Notes under the pieces: generated by a model | What the model saw: the letters and a program-made list of their open reading frames with translations, nothing else | The model's database searches: none | What the model was told of the DNA's origin: nothing | Shown: positions 9,919 to 19,737 of the stretch, one piece after another | Layout: every line of letters starts with the position of its first letter | Position numbering within the stretch: the stretch's first letter is position 1 | From: Chiayiivirga flava | Lineage (GTDB): Bacteria > Pseudomonadota > Gammaproteobacteria > Xanthomonadales > Xanthomonadaceae | Reading direction: 5' to 3' | Assembly (NCBI GenBank): GCA_037190825.1 | Contig: JBBCJS010000003.1 | Span: 1 to 64,000 of the forward strand | Length of the DNA stretch: 64,000 bases | Program-made: the position numbers and the translations under genes

Positions 9919-11061
9919 TCAGCCCGCGCGCGCATGCCACAACCGAAGCAGCTCGGCCTCGCGTTCACGCGTGATGCCCGCGCGCAGTTGCGCCTGGCGT
10001 TCTGCCGGCAGCGCGCGGAACCAGGCCATGAGGTCGGTCACGGTGGCGGCGAGCGGGCGGAATGTCAGGCCCGCGGCGAGGGCGCGGGCGTTGCTCACCT
10101 GGCCGTAGCCGGCGTACGGCCCGTCGTTGCGCGGCACCCAGATCGGCAGCCCGGCTTGGTGTTCTTCCAGGAACGCCGGAGCGACGTGTGTCAGCGTCAG
10201 CGGGCCGCCCGTCAGCGCATGGCAGCCATGCAGCATCGCGTCCATGCCGAGGCGATAGTCCGGGCCGCAGGCGTTGAAGGTGCCGAACGTGCGCTGCTCG
10301 GCGAGGCGGATCGTCCATTCGGCCAGGTCGCGGCCGTCGATGACCTGGATCGGATCGGCGCCATCGCCCGGCACCAGCACTTCGCCGCCCTGGGCGATCC
10401 GGTGCGGCCAGTAGGTGAAGCGGTCGGTGTCGTCGCGCGGGCCCACGATGTAGCCGGGGCGGATGATGCTGACGTTGTCGCCGAACTGTGCGCGCGCCTC
10501 GGCTTCGCTCAATGCCTTCAGCGGGCCGTAGAGGTTGGCGGCGTCGGCGCGCAGGTTCTCCATCGTCTCGGCCATCGCGTCCTTGCCGCCATAGGTCGCA
10601 AGCGCCGCATCCTCGGCGATGCCGGGCTGGCTGCCGTCGGCGTAGACGGAGATCGTGGAGATGAAGAGGTAGTGCCCGACCCGGCCCTTCAGCGCGCGGC
10701 CTGCGTCGCGCACCCAGAACGGCAGCGTGGTGGGATTGTCGATGCAGACATCCCATTCGCGCCCCTTCAGCGCGGAAAGATCGCCGCTGTTGCGATCGCC
10801 ATGCAACTGTTCGACCTCGCCCGGCCATTCCGGCGAAGGCCGCTGGCCGCGATTGAACAGCGTGATCCTGTGCCCGCGCGCCAGCGCGTAGTTCACCTGG
10901 AACGGCCCGGTGAAGCCGGTGCCGCCGAGGATCAGGATGCGCAGCGGCTTTTCCGCGCGGCCGATGGGCGCGGCGGTGGACGCCATCCCGAAGGAAGGCA
11001 GAGCCGCAGCCGCAGCCGTGGCGACGCCGAGCCTGAGGAAATCGCGACGATCCGTATTCAT
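9919..11061 (-). CDS. Exported (Tat-signal) NAD-dependent epimerase/dehydratase (SDR family)
   Basis: Twin-arginine signal MNTDRRDFLRLGVATAAAAAL; Rossmann motif ILILGGTGFTGP; start refined to the ATG at 11059-11061 (residue 60 of the track ORF). Confidence 0.8.
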   Translation of the reverse strand: MNTDRRDFLRLGVATAAAAALPSFGMASTAAPIGRAEKPLRILILGGTGFTGPFQVNYALARGHRITLFNRGQRPSPEWPGEVEQLHGDRNSGDLSALKGREWDVCIDNPTTLPFWVRDAGRALKGRVGHYLFISTISVYADGSQPGIAEDAALATYGGKDAMAETMENLRADAANLYGPLKALSEAEARAQFGDNVSIIRPGYIVGPRDDTDRFTYWPHRIAQGGEVLVPGDGADPIQVIDGRDLAEWTIRLAEQRTFGTFNACGPDYRLGMDAMLHGCHALTGGPLTLTHVAPAFLEEHQAGLPIWVPRNDGPYAGYGQVSNARALAAGLTFRPLAATVTDLMAWFRALPAERQAQLRAGITREREAELLRLWHARAG

Positions 11062-11224
11062 GACAGCCCCCGAGGTTGGAATGGCCGCCACGGTGGCACT
11101 GCGCGCAGGGCGCGGCATGTGCAGGAAGTCGGCATGACGAATGGCGGTGACGTAGCAAGGCGGGACCGGATGCGATCCAGGATGCACCCGGATCAGGTCC
11201 GGAGTTGCCCGGGTTGCGTCACTG

Positions 11225-11262
11225 CCCCCCGGCGTCATCCCGGCGAACGCCGGGATCCAGTG
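11225..11262. repeat. REP-like hairpin (gtcatcccggcgaacgccgggatcc)
   Basis: Perfect 8-bp stem tcccggcg/cgccggga in the intergenic gap between the epimerase start and the giant-gene stop; same family as the 'PAFAGxx'-translating repeats elsewhere in the window. Confidence 0.5.
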
Positions 11263-11280
11263 CTTCCATCAGAAGCAACC

Positions 11281-14200
11281 TCATGACGAGGCACCCTTTG
11301 GCTTGCGGGGTTCCTTGCTGCGCGTATTCGCCGGCGAGTCGGATGGCGTGGCCGCCGGCCCCATCCGCCGTGCGATCTCGCGCAGGATCACCTGCAAGGC
11401 GTCGTGCTGGTCGGCGCGCTTGTGCATGCCGTCCACCAGCGGCTTGAAGCCCAGTTCCAGCGCGTTGCGCAGGCCGCCGAGCCACATCGCCGCATCGGTG
11501 CTGGTATCGCGGGAGAAGGTGCGGGCGAGTGCCTGCTCGCTGGCGATGCGTTCGAGCAGATCGATCAGGGCGGGCCAGTGCGTTGCTTCGTCCGCCGTTG
11601 CCGATGCGGGTGCGGCATCGGGCGAAGGCAGGCCGCGCTCGAGCGCGCGCACGCCGGCCACGAGGTCATGCAACTGCGCGACCACGCGCGTGCCCACGTC
11701 GGCATCGGCGCCGCCGATGGACTTGTTGCGGCGGAAGTCGGCCTTGATCTGTTCCCAGCGCGCGGCTTCGTCGTCGGTGAGCGTGCCGCGCAGTTCGGCC
11801 AGCTTGAGCAGGTTTTCTTCCGCGCCGGTGGTGAGCAGTTGCGATTCGCCGAGGTAGTGGTCGGCGATGAGCTGCTGCAATTCGGCCTCGTTCATCACCG
11901 CCGACACCTTTTCCGCCAGCTTGTTCATGTTGCGGTAGCTGCCTTGCAGGCGGAACGGCGGCTCGGTGCGGTAGGCGTCGGCCTGCGCGGCGCTGGCGAT
12001 GTATTGCTGGTTGACGCGGTAGACGATCTCGCGCACCGCGATCAGGCGCGCGAGGGTGCCGACGATCTCGTTGATCTCCGCGCCGCTGTAGTCGTGCCTG
12101 AGCGCGTTGGTGGAGACCTCGCGGCCCTGCGCCTTGTCCACCAGCAGGTAGAGATCGGCCATGTCGCGCGTGGCCAGCGGCGCGAGCACGGGGTTGGAGG
12201 TGAGGCTGTTCTCGATGTAGCTGAGCTTGAAGGAATCCTCCATGCCGCCGAGCACGTCGCCGAGGTTGTAGATGTCGGCACGGTTGGCGAGCATGTCGGG
12301 AATCCTGAACACCTCGCCGGACTCGGTATACGGATTGCCGGCCATGACCACGCAGAACTTCTTGCCGCGCATGTCGTAGGTCTTGGTGCGGCCGTTCCAC
12401 ACGCCCTCGATGCGGCGCGTGCCGTCGCACAGGGAGATGAACTTCTGCAGGAACTCCGGGTGCGTGTGCTGGATGTCGTCCACGTACAGCATCACGTTGC
12501 TGCCCATTTCCAGCGCGAGGTTGAGCTTCACCAGTTCCTGCCGCGCGGTGGCGTCGGGCGCCTGTGCCGGATCGAGCGAGCGCACCTCGTGGCCGAGCGC
12601 CGGGCCGTTGATCTTCATGAAGATCAGGCCCAGCCGGTTGGCCACGTATTCCATCAGCGTGGTCTTTCCGTAGCCGGGCGGGGAAATCATCATCAGCAGG
12701 CCCATCAGGTCGCTGCGCTTGTTTTCGCCCGCGGTGCCCATCTGCTTGGCGAGGTTGTCGCCGATCAGCGGCAGGTAGACGTCGTTGATGAGCCTGTTGC
12801 GCACGAACGAGGCCAGCGGGCGCGGCTTGAATTCCTCCAGCCGCAGCGCCTCGCGCTCCCGCACGAGCGCGTCGTGGCGCAGGCGTTGGAAATCCTGGAA
12901 ACCGGAAAGCCAGACGCGGCGGTGATCGGCCAGGCGCTGCATCAGGTCGAACAGGCGCAGGTTCAATGCGCCATCGACGATGCGCGGGTGTTCGCTCAAC
13001 AGGCCGTGTACGGATACGTCCAGATCGGCCTGCGAAACCCGGTGCGGCAGCGTTGGGCCGAGCAGCAGCAACGCAGCGGCCTCGGGAACGTAGGCTTTGA
13101 GCGATGCAAGTTCTGCCCGCGCGGAATCTTCCGTATTGCCCACGCCGTCGTTCCCGCGAAGGCGGGAACCCAGTGCCTTTGCGCCATCATTCGAAAAAGT
13201 CGCCGGGCTCCCGCCTTCGCGGGAGCGACGACGATCTTCGGCATCGTCCACCAGCGCGCGCAGCCACTGGCGCAGCAGGGCGTGGCGGGCGCCGTTGCCG
13301 TCCAGCGCTTCGAGCGTAGTGCTGAGTGTGTCCCAGCGCGGGCCGTCGAGTGTTGATTTCAGTGCGGTGGCCAGTTGCTGGGCGTAGCGGCTGAAGGCGA
13401 ACTGAGGATGTGGGGCGGAGAGTTCCTGTGCCAGATAGGCGGCTGCAGACGAAGCGAGTGCGGCATCGAAGGGTAGGGCGTGGTGCGCGGCCTGTGCGGC
13501 GATGACATCAGCGATGTTCTTGCGTAGCGTGGCGAGTGCGGCATCGTCATCGAACAACTCACGGATTTGCGCGGCATTGCGTGCCTGCGCCGGCCAGCGC
13601 GTGGCCTCGGGCGAATCGGCGAGCGCATCCCAGCACAACAAGGCCAGCGCGCGTGCTTCGGGTGAGTGAACCAGCGAACCGGCCGCATCGCGCAGCGGCG
13701 TCACCGCGCGCAGGATCAGCGCGGCATCGTGGTCGTGGATGCCTTTCTCGTAGCCTTCGCGGTAGCGCGGCGTGGCGAAGTCGCGCACCGCGCGGGCCAG
13801 TGCGTCCGGTTCCAGCGCCAGTTGCGCGAGGCGTTCGCGGGTGAAGCCTTCGGTGCTGCGGTCGGCGGCATCGAGCACGAGGCCGGCGAGGTATTCGGCG
13901 CGGGAAAGCTCGGGCGATTCGGATTCCAGCGCGGCCTGCCAGTACGGGCGCAGCGGCTCCAGCGCCGGGTCATTGAGTTGCGCGAAGTAATCGGTGCCGG
14001 TGAGATGCAGCGCCAGGCCATCGCCACGCGGAAGAATGGTCAGATCCAGTTCCTGCGTGTTGACCGAGAAGCGGTGACGCCCGAGGCGGATCAGGTTGCC
14101 GCCTTCCTCGAACAGTTCGCTCTTGTCGCGCAGCGCGCGCACGGCCTGGTCGCGCACGCCCTTGAGGCGCGCCTCCACGTCGTCGGCCTTGACGCTGTCC

Positions 14201-16695
14201 TTCAGATCACGCAGCCGGTTCGCCAGCTCGCGCAGTTTCAGGATCAGCGCATCGCCGGCGAAGAAGGCGTTGAGTTCGTCCGGGCCGGCGAAGCGCGCGG
14301 TGCGGCGCGGCAGGCCGTCGAGGATGCGGCGCGCGGCGTCGAACACCGATTGCGCCTTGCGCTGGCGTTCGTCGAGCAGCGCCTGCTTGTGCGCCTCGAA
14401 ACTTTCCAGCAGTTCCTCGCGCTTTTGCAGGATGTCGTCGAGGAACCGGCCGTGCTCGCCGAACTGGCTTTCCAGTTCCTCGAGCTGGATCAACAGGCGC
14501 GCGAGTTGTTCGTCGCAACGCTCCGGGTCCGTCGCCGCCGACAAGGCGCTCGCGATGGACTGGGAGAACAGCGCGAACTGCGCGCCGAACTGCGCCACCT
14601 GCTCGCCGGATCCCAATTGCCTGCGACGCTGCTCGGCGCGGGCGCGGGACTGGTTGAGGCGCGCGTACAGCTCGGCGATGGCTTCCACGATGGCGGTGCG
14701 CTGCGTGGCATCGTCCACGCGCAGCGTCGCCATCAGCTCGGAGAGCAGGTCGAGATCGGCGGCGAGCGCGGTGAGGCCGTCCAGCGGTTCGCGCAATGCG
14801 GCGACGGTGGCGGCCTGCTGCGCGGCGGTGTCCAGTTCGGCCAGGCGCGCGTCGAGCGGCTTGAGCGAAGCCGCATCGGCGAGGTAATCGCCCGTGGCGG
14901 TGCCGATGCGCTCGTTCGCGGCGACCAGTTCGGCTTCCATCGCATCGATGGCGGCCACCTCGATGTAGCGCAGTTCGCGGATCGTCAGCAGGTGCCCGCG
15001 CTGCGCCGAGATGGACTGCAACGCCGCCACGTAATCCTGCACGCGCTCGAAGCGGTCCGGATTGAGGCCGGTGAGCAGCGCCTTCTGCCTGGTCGTCGCC
15101 TCGCGCATCGCGCGGTCGGATTGCGCGCGGATGCTTTCGACTTTCTCGTATTCGTCCAGCACCGCCTCGCCGGTGGTGGCGATCTCGTGCAGCAGCGGCG
15201 CGAAGTCGCCGGCCTGCGCATCGGCGATCCAGTGGTGCGTGTCGAACATGCGGCGCGTGGCCTGCACCAGCAGGGTGTAGCGCTGCACCGAGACGGCATC
15301 GCTGTCGATCTCGTGCGCCAGCGACAGCAGGTCGGAAATGCCGCGAACGAGCTCGGCATTGCCGATGCGCCCGAGGAAGCCGGTGGCCGGCGGCTGGCGT
15401 GCGGCGTATTCCTCGAAACAGAACGGCGTCTGCCACACCTGCATCGGATGCACGCGCGTGGGCTCGGCGCTCTCGGCGCTGAAGATCACCATGCGCCCAT
15501 CTTCGAGTCGCGCGTAGCCGTGGCAGAGGATCGGCGGTTGTAGGCTGCGCTCGATCAGGTTGTAGGTGAACAGCGCGTTGCGCCCGGACACCGGCTCGTG
15601 GAACACGTACAGCACGTCCTCGCCGTTGGGCGAGCGGATCGCGCGCTTGAAGCGCATGCCGTCGAACTGCGTATCGAACTGGCGCGTCTCGCCGTTCTGC
15701 AGGAGATAGCCGCCGGGCCAGACGATGCCGTGGTCCTCGGGCAACTGGATCGCCGCCAGCCCCAGCGCGTCGATGCGCTGCACGCGGCGCGTCAGCGTGT
15801 TGTAGGCCAGGTGGCGCCACTGCTCCTCGCGGTACGGCAGCACGCGCAGCAGGATCAGGCTGCCGACGCGGGCGAATTCGATCTGCGCATCGTCGAGCGA
15901 TTGGGTGGCGTCCTGCACCGGCTCGCGGTAGATGCCGAGCCCGTCCTCGGTGTTGTTCTCGATCTTGATGGTGAGGTCGCCGCCGACGGTTTCCACGAAC
16001 ACCGTGTCCAGGATGTTCATGTGCGGATGGCGGCCGTTGACCACCATCTCGCGCGTGGTCGGCTGCCACTCGAAATCGTAGGGCGCGGGCAGCGCCACGT
16101 CGCGCTCGCCGCGGTTGTCGATGTAGCGCACTTCACTCCCGGATCCAGTCCGGGACAGGCTCTGTGGCGAAACGCTCCAGCGGAACACGCGGATGTCGGT
16201 CAATCGCTCGCCGATCTGGAAGCTCGCCAGCAGCTTCCCGTCGCGCACCATCAGTTGCAGCAGGCGGGTGTTCTTGTAGTAGGCGTAAAGCTCGCGGAAA
16301 TCCTGCGCGAAGCTGTCGATGGCAAGGAAGGTGCCTGCGATGTCCACCGGCGTCACGTCGTAGCCGTCCGGCGTTTCGACGAGGCGGTACAGCGAGAACA
16401 CGTCCTCGATCCGGGTTTCCTTCTTCAGCCCGATGAAGACGTTGTAGCCGAACAGCAGCAGGTCGCCCACCTGCACGATGTCGCGCGCCACGCAGTTGTG
16501 CTCGGTGCGCACCCGCAGCCGCCCGACGACTTCCAGCTTGCTGCTGGCGAACTGCTCCAGCCGCCGCGCATTGAGCGCATTGGCCAGCCCACGCAGCCGC
16601 GCGCCCTGTTCGGCCAGGCGCCTGTGCAGAACCTCGTAGGCGCCGCCGGAAGCGACGGCCTGGTCGATGGCGGTGGTGTCGGTGGAGTCGGTCAT
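11281..16695 (-). CDS. Giant (1804 aa) coiled-coil protein with a single dynein/MoxR-like AAA+ (AAA_5-type) ATPase core in its C-terminal third; function unknown
   Basis: Uninterrupted 5.4-kb ORF; Walker A ISPPGYGKTTLMEYV, Walker B VMLYVDDIQH, plus KFCVVMAGNPY (AAA_5-like); long N-terminal coiled-coil-rich region; 43 bp downstream of the NYN gene in the flotillin gene string. Confidence 0.85.
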   Translation of the reverse strand: MTDSTDTTAIDQAVASGGAYEVLHRRLAEQGARLRGLANALNARRLEQFASSKLEVVGRLRVRTEHNCVARDIVQVGDLLLFGYNVFIGLKKETRIEDVFSLYRLVETPDGYDVTPVDIAGTFLAIDSFAQDFRELYAYYKNTRLLQLMVRDGKLLASFQIGERLTDIRVFRWSVSPQSLSRTGSGSEVRYIDNRGERDVALPAPYDFEWQPTTREMVVNGRHPHMNILDTVFVETVGGDLTIKIENNTEDGLGIYREPVQDATQSLDDAQIEFARVGSLILLRVLPYREEQWRHLAYNTLTRRVQRIDALGLAAIQLPEDHGIVWPGGYLLQNGETRQFDTQFDGMRFKRAIRSPNGEDVLYVFHEPVSGRNALFTYNLIERSLQPPILCHGYARLEDGRMVIFSAESAEPTRVHPMQVWQTPFCFEEYAARQPPATGFLGRIGNAELVRGISDLLSLAHEIDSDAVSVQRYTLLVQATRRMFDTHHWIADAQAGDFAPLLHEIATTGEAVLDEYEKVESIRAQSDRAMREATTRQKALLTGLNPDRFERVQDYVAALQSISAQRGHLLTIRELRYIEVAAIDAMEAELVAANERIGTATGDYLADAASLKPLDARLAELDTAAQQAATVAALREPLDGLTALAADLDLLSELMATLRVDDATQRTAIVEAIAELYARLNQSRARAEQRRRQLGSGEQVAQFGAQFALFSQSIASALSAATDPERCDEQLARLLIQLEELESQFGEHGRFLDDILQKREELLESFEAHKQALLDERQRKAQSVFDAARRILDGLPRRTARFAGPDELNAFFAGDALILKLRELANRLRDLKDSVKADDVEARLKGVRDQAVRALRDKSELFEEGGNLIRLGRHRFSVNTQELDLTILPRGDGLALHLTGTDYFAQLNDPALEPLRPYWQAALESESPELSRAEYLAGLVLDAADRSTEGFTRERLAQLALEPDALARAVRDFATPRYREGYEKGIHDHDAALILRAVTPLRDAAGSLVHSPEARALALLCWDALADSPEATRWPAQARNAAQIRELFDDDAALATLRKNIADVIAAQAAHHALPFDAALASSAAAYLAQELSAPHPQFAFSRYAQQLATALKSTLDGPRWDTLSTTLEALDGNGARHALLRQWLRALVDDAEDRRRSREGGSPATFSNDGAKALGSRLRGNDGVGNTEDSARAELASLKAYVPEAAALLLLGPTLPHRVSQADLDVSVHGLLSEHPRIVDGALNLRLFDLMQRLADHRRVWLSGFQDFQRLRHDALVREREALRLEEFKPRPLASFVRNRLINDVYLPLIGDNLAKQMGTAGENKRSDLMGLLMMISPPGYGKTTLMEYVANRLGLIFMKINGPALGHEVRSLDPAQAPDATARQELVKLNLALEMGSNVMLYVDDIQHTHPEFLQKFISLCDGTRRIEGVWNGRTKTYDMRGKKFCVVMAGNPYTESGEVFRIPDMLANRADIYNLGDVLGGMEDSFKLSYIENSLTSNPVLAPLATRDMADLYLLVDKAQGREVSTNALRHDYSGAEINEIVGTLARLIAVREIVYRVNQQYIASAAQADAYRTEPPFRLQGSYRNMNKLAEKVSAVMNEAELQQLIADHYLGESQLLTTGAEENLLKLAELRGTLTDDEAARWEQIKADFRRNKSIGGADADVGTRVVAQLHDLVAGVRALERGLPSPDAAPASATADEATHWPALIDLLERIASEQALARTFSRDTSTDAAMWLGGLRNALELGFKPLVDGMHKRADQHDALQVILREIARRMGPAATPSDSPANTRSKEPRKPKGASS
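13145..13235. repeat. REP doublet (two inverted REP hairpins) inserted in-frame inside the giant AAA+ gene
   Basis: Hairpins gttcccgcgaaggcgggaac (13150-13169) and gggctcccgccttcgcgggagc (13205-13226) in inverted orientation; translated in frame as ...GSRLRGNDGVGNTEDSARAELASL..., an odd-composition segment; the opposite frame gives the typical REP translations VVAPAKAGARR / WVPAFAGTT. Confidence 0.6.
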
Positions 16696-16737
16696 GGGGC
16701 TTATGAAATTGGAAGTTTTGGGTGTGCTGATGGATCG

Positions 16738-17532
16738 TTACTTTGCGCGAACATAGAGCGCCTTCTGTGTTTGTCCATCTGGCGTCCGCTCTTCGATCTG
16801 GAAGATGTCAGGCCTGGACCGAACAAGATCCGAGAGCTTCTTGTGGCCATAGAGACGGGAGTCGAAATCAGGCTGAACCTTTGTCAAGTAACTACCGAAC
16901 GGACCGAGGTGTACCCAGCCAGATTCATCGCTGGACTGTTCCAATGCATCAAGAAGGAGCTCCTTGGGAAATGGTGCGGCTTTGCGTTGAGGCTCTTCTG
17001 CCTTTTGTGGCGCAGGCTGACTTGCCTTTCCGGTTGTGTCGGCGATGGCTGGCGTGCTGCTTGGGCGCAGTACTTCGGTGAAGGTGAACTTGTGACATGC
17101 GTTACGGAAGGCTTCTGGGGTCTTTTCTTCGCCAAACCCGAGAACCGTCAAGCCCTCCTCGCGGATGCGAACGGCCAATCCTGTGAAGTCGCTATCGCTC
17201 GAAACAAGGCAAAAGCCATCGAACTTCCTTGTGTAAAGCAAGTCCATGGCGTCGATGATGAGCGCGCTGTCGGTTGCATTCTTTCCTGTTGTGTAAGCGA
17301 ACTGCTGTACTGGCTTGATGGAATGTTTCTGGAGAACCTTCTTCCAGGACGAACTCTGCGGCGAGGTGAAGTCGCCATAGATGCGCTTGACGGTGGCCTC
17401 ACCGAATCTGGCGATCTCCGTCAGCAACCCTTCGATTACTGAGGCCTGCGCATTGTCTGCGTCAATCAGAACGGCCAGGCGGATGCTGGGTTCCTCGGAT
17501 TCGATCTTTGCTACCAATCGCGGTGATGCCAT
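16738..17532 (-). CDS. NYN (PIN-like nuclease) domain protein with C-terminal OST-HTH/LOTUS domain (LabA-like)
   Basis: VLIDADNA ... GKNATDSALIIDAMDLLY ... FCLVSSDSDFTGLAVRIRE (NYN acidic residues); C-terminal KELLLDALEQSSDESGWVHLGPFGSYL (OST-HTH); about 55% GC against a ~70% background. Confidence 0.85.
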   Translation of the reverse strand: MASPRLVAKIESEEPSIRLAVLIDADNAQASVIEGLLTEIARFGEATVKRIYGDFTSPQSSSWKKVLQKHSIKPVQQFAYTTGKNATDSALIIDAMDLLYTRKFDGFCLVSSDSDFTGLAVRIREEGLTVLGFGEEKTPEAFRNACHKFTFTEVLRPSSTPAIADTTGKASQPAPQKAEEPQRKAAPFPKELLLDALEQSSDESGWVHLGPFGSYLTKVQPDFDSRLYGHKKLSDLVRSRPDIFQIEERTPDGQTQKALYVRAK

Positions 17533-17681
17533 GGGAATCGTCTCGATCTGGTTCGGGGGGCGGCATAGGTCAGGGTGAGCGGAGTGAATTCCGGCGCTGT
17601 GGACTGTGGTGAATCAGAAGCGCCCCTCATCCGCCCTCCGGGCACCTTCTCCCCGCACGCGGGGAGAAGGGGAGGGAGAGG

Positions 17682-19670
17682 CTACGGTGCGGGTGGCGGG
17701 TTGCTGGGTTCCGAAGCGATGCCTTTGGCCCCCAGCAGCTTCTGGATCAGATCGCCCACCAGCGGGCTCTTGCCGGCCACGCCTTCGATCGCCTTGCCCA
17801 CCGAGAGGCTCTTGGCGAAGGAGTCGAAGAACGCGCCTTCGCCGCCCACGATGTCGATCTTGGCCTTGGACAGCGCGGCGGAAAGCACTTCGGCCTGTTC
17901 GCGGGCGATGTCCTTGCCGGCGGCGATCTGCGCGATGGCCTGCTCGAAGTTCTTTTCCAGCTGCATGCGGAACTCTTCGTGCGCGCGGGCGTCGTCGCTG
18001 AGGGCTGCCAGGGCCGCGAACTTCTCGGTGAGGCCTTCGGCTTCGGCGTGCAGTTTCTGGCGCAGCACGTCGGCTTCGGAGATGCCCACGTCGCGCGTGG
18101 CCTTGCCCTTGGCGGCGCCGAGCTGTTCTTCGCCGCGCGCCTGCGCGGTGAGGTTTTCTTCCAGCACCTTCGCTTCGGCCAGGCCCTTGTCCTGCGTGCC
18201 GCGTGCTTCGGCGGCGAGCTTTTCGGCGATGACCTTGGCTTCCGCCAGGCCTTCCTTCTCCATCGCCGCCGCGGTGATTTCGCGCACGCGCGCATCGGCC
18301 AGGCCCGGCGCGGCGCGCTCGGCCTCGATGCCTTCGGCCAGCTTCTTCTTGGCCTCGGCCTGCTTGGCGGCGGCTTCCAGTTCCGCCTGCGCCAGCACGG
18401 TGATTTCCACGGACTTGTGGCGGGATTTGGTTTCGTCGGCTTCGGCCTGCTTGACCTGCTTGACCAGTTCTTCCTCGGCGGCGGCCTGGGCTTCCAGGAT
18501 GCGGACCTGCTTCAGGCGCTCGGCCTCGGAGACTTCCCGCACTTCCTTGATGCGCTCCTCTTCCTGCGCGACGGTCTTTTCGACGGCCACGCGCTCGCGG
18601 ATCACGTTGGCGATGTCCTTGCGCTGCTCTTCCAGCGCCTTCTCCTTCTCGATGCGCTGCAATTCCACTTCGCGCTCGCGCGCGACCACTTCCAGTTCCT
18701 TCGCCCGCGAGACTTTCTCCACCTCGATGACGACGGCGCGCTGGCGGTTCTGCTCGGCCACTTCCACTTCGCGCAGGCGGTTCTGCTCGCGGATGTCCAG
18801 TTGCTCCTGCGTGGCGATGCGGGCCTGTTCGGCCTTCAGGCGCTCTTCTTCCTGCACCTTCTGCGTCTCGGCCTGCTCGCGCGCCTGGATGGTTTCGATC
18901 TCGCGCTTCTGGCGCGCCTCGGCGTCGGCCTGCTGGCGTTCGAGCGCGAGCAGCGCCTCTTTCGTCTCGACGTTCTTCTTGGTGATGGCCAGTTGCTCGT
19001 TGCGCTCCAGTTCGTTGGTGATGACGTTCTGGGCGGCGGTCAGCTCGGTGATCTTGCGGATGCCTTCGGCGTCCAGGATGTTGTGCGGGTCGAGCGAGGC
19101 CTTGGGCGTCTGCTCGAGGTAGTCGATGGCGACGTCTTCGAGGATGTAGCCGTTCAGGTCGTTGCCGATCACTTCCACGATGCGGTCGCGGAACTCCTGG
19201 CGGTTCTCGAACAGCTTGACGAAGTCGATCTGCTTGCCGACGGTCTTGAGCGCCTCGGAGAACTTGGCGTTGAACAGTTCGTTGACGGCGGCCTTGTCCG
19301 AGGCGCGTTCCACGCCGATGGCCTTGGCGACCTTGAGCACGTCCTGCTGGGTTTCGTTGACGCGCAGGTAGAAGGCCACGGTGATGTCCGCGCGCATGTT
19401 GTCGCGGCAGATCAGCCCGTCCTTGCCACGCCGGTCCACTTCCAGCGTGATCAGGGAGATCTTCATGAACTCCTTCTTGTAGATCACCGGGTACACCAGC
19501 GCGCCGGTGAAATGCACCTTGGGCGTGGAGGACATGTCGTTGACGATCAGCGCGGTGCCCTGCGGGACCTTGATGTAGAAGGCCTTGAACAGGATGAACA
19601 GGCAGAAGATGAACAGCAGTGCGGCACCGACGACCATTGCGCCGACAATCAGGGTGTGGGGTATGTCCAT
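17682..19670 (-). CDS. yqiK: Flotillin-family SPFH/band-7 protein (YqiK-like)
   Basis: N-terminal TM helix, SPFH domain, long E/A/K/R-rich coiled-coil, C-terminal glycine-rich tail; typical flotillin architecture. Confidence 0.9.
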   Translation of the reverse strand: MDIPHTLIVGAMVVGAALLFIFCLFILFKAFYIKVPQGTALIVNDMSSTPKVHFTGALVYPVIYKKEFMKISLITLEVDRRGKDGLICRDNMRADITVAFYLRVNETQQDVLKVAKAIGVERASDKAAVNELFNAKFSEALKTVGKQIDFVKLFENRQEFRDRIVEVIGNDLNGYILEDVAIDYLEQTPKASLDPHNILDAEGIRKITELTAAQNVITNELERNEQLAITKKNVETKEALLALERQQADAEARQKREIETIQAREQAETQKVQEEERLKAEQARIATQEQLDIREQNRLREVEVAEQNRQRAVVIEVEKVSRAKELEVVAREREVELQRIEKEKALEEQRKDIANVIRERVAVEKTVAQEEERIKEVREVSEAERLKQVRILEAQAAAEEELVKQVKQAEADETKSRHKSVEITVLAQAELEAAAKQAEAKKKLAEGIEAERAAPGLADARVREITAAAMEKEGLAEAKVIAEKLAAEARGTQDKGLAEAKVLEENLTAQARGEEQLGAAKGKATRDVGISEADVLRQKLHAEAEGLTEKFAALAALSDDARAHEEFRMQLEKNFEQAIAQIAAGKDIAREQAEVLSAALSKAKIDIVGGEGAFFDSFAKSLSVGKAIEGVAGKSPLVGDLIQKLLGAKGIASEPSNPPPAP

Positions 19671-19737
19671 GAGTGACTCCAGAGGTTGGCCGGGACGTGC
19701 CGGGTGGAACGAGAAAGAAGATGGGTTGAAAGCGGGG

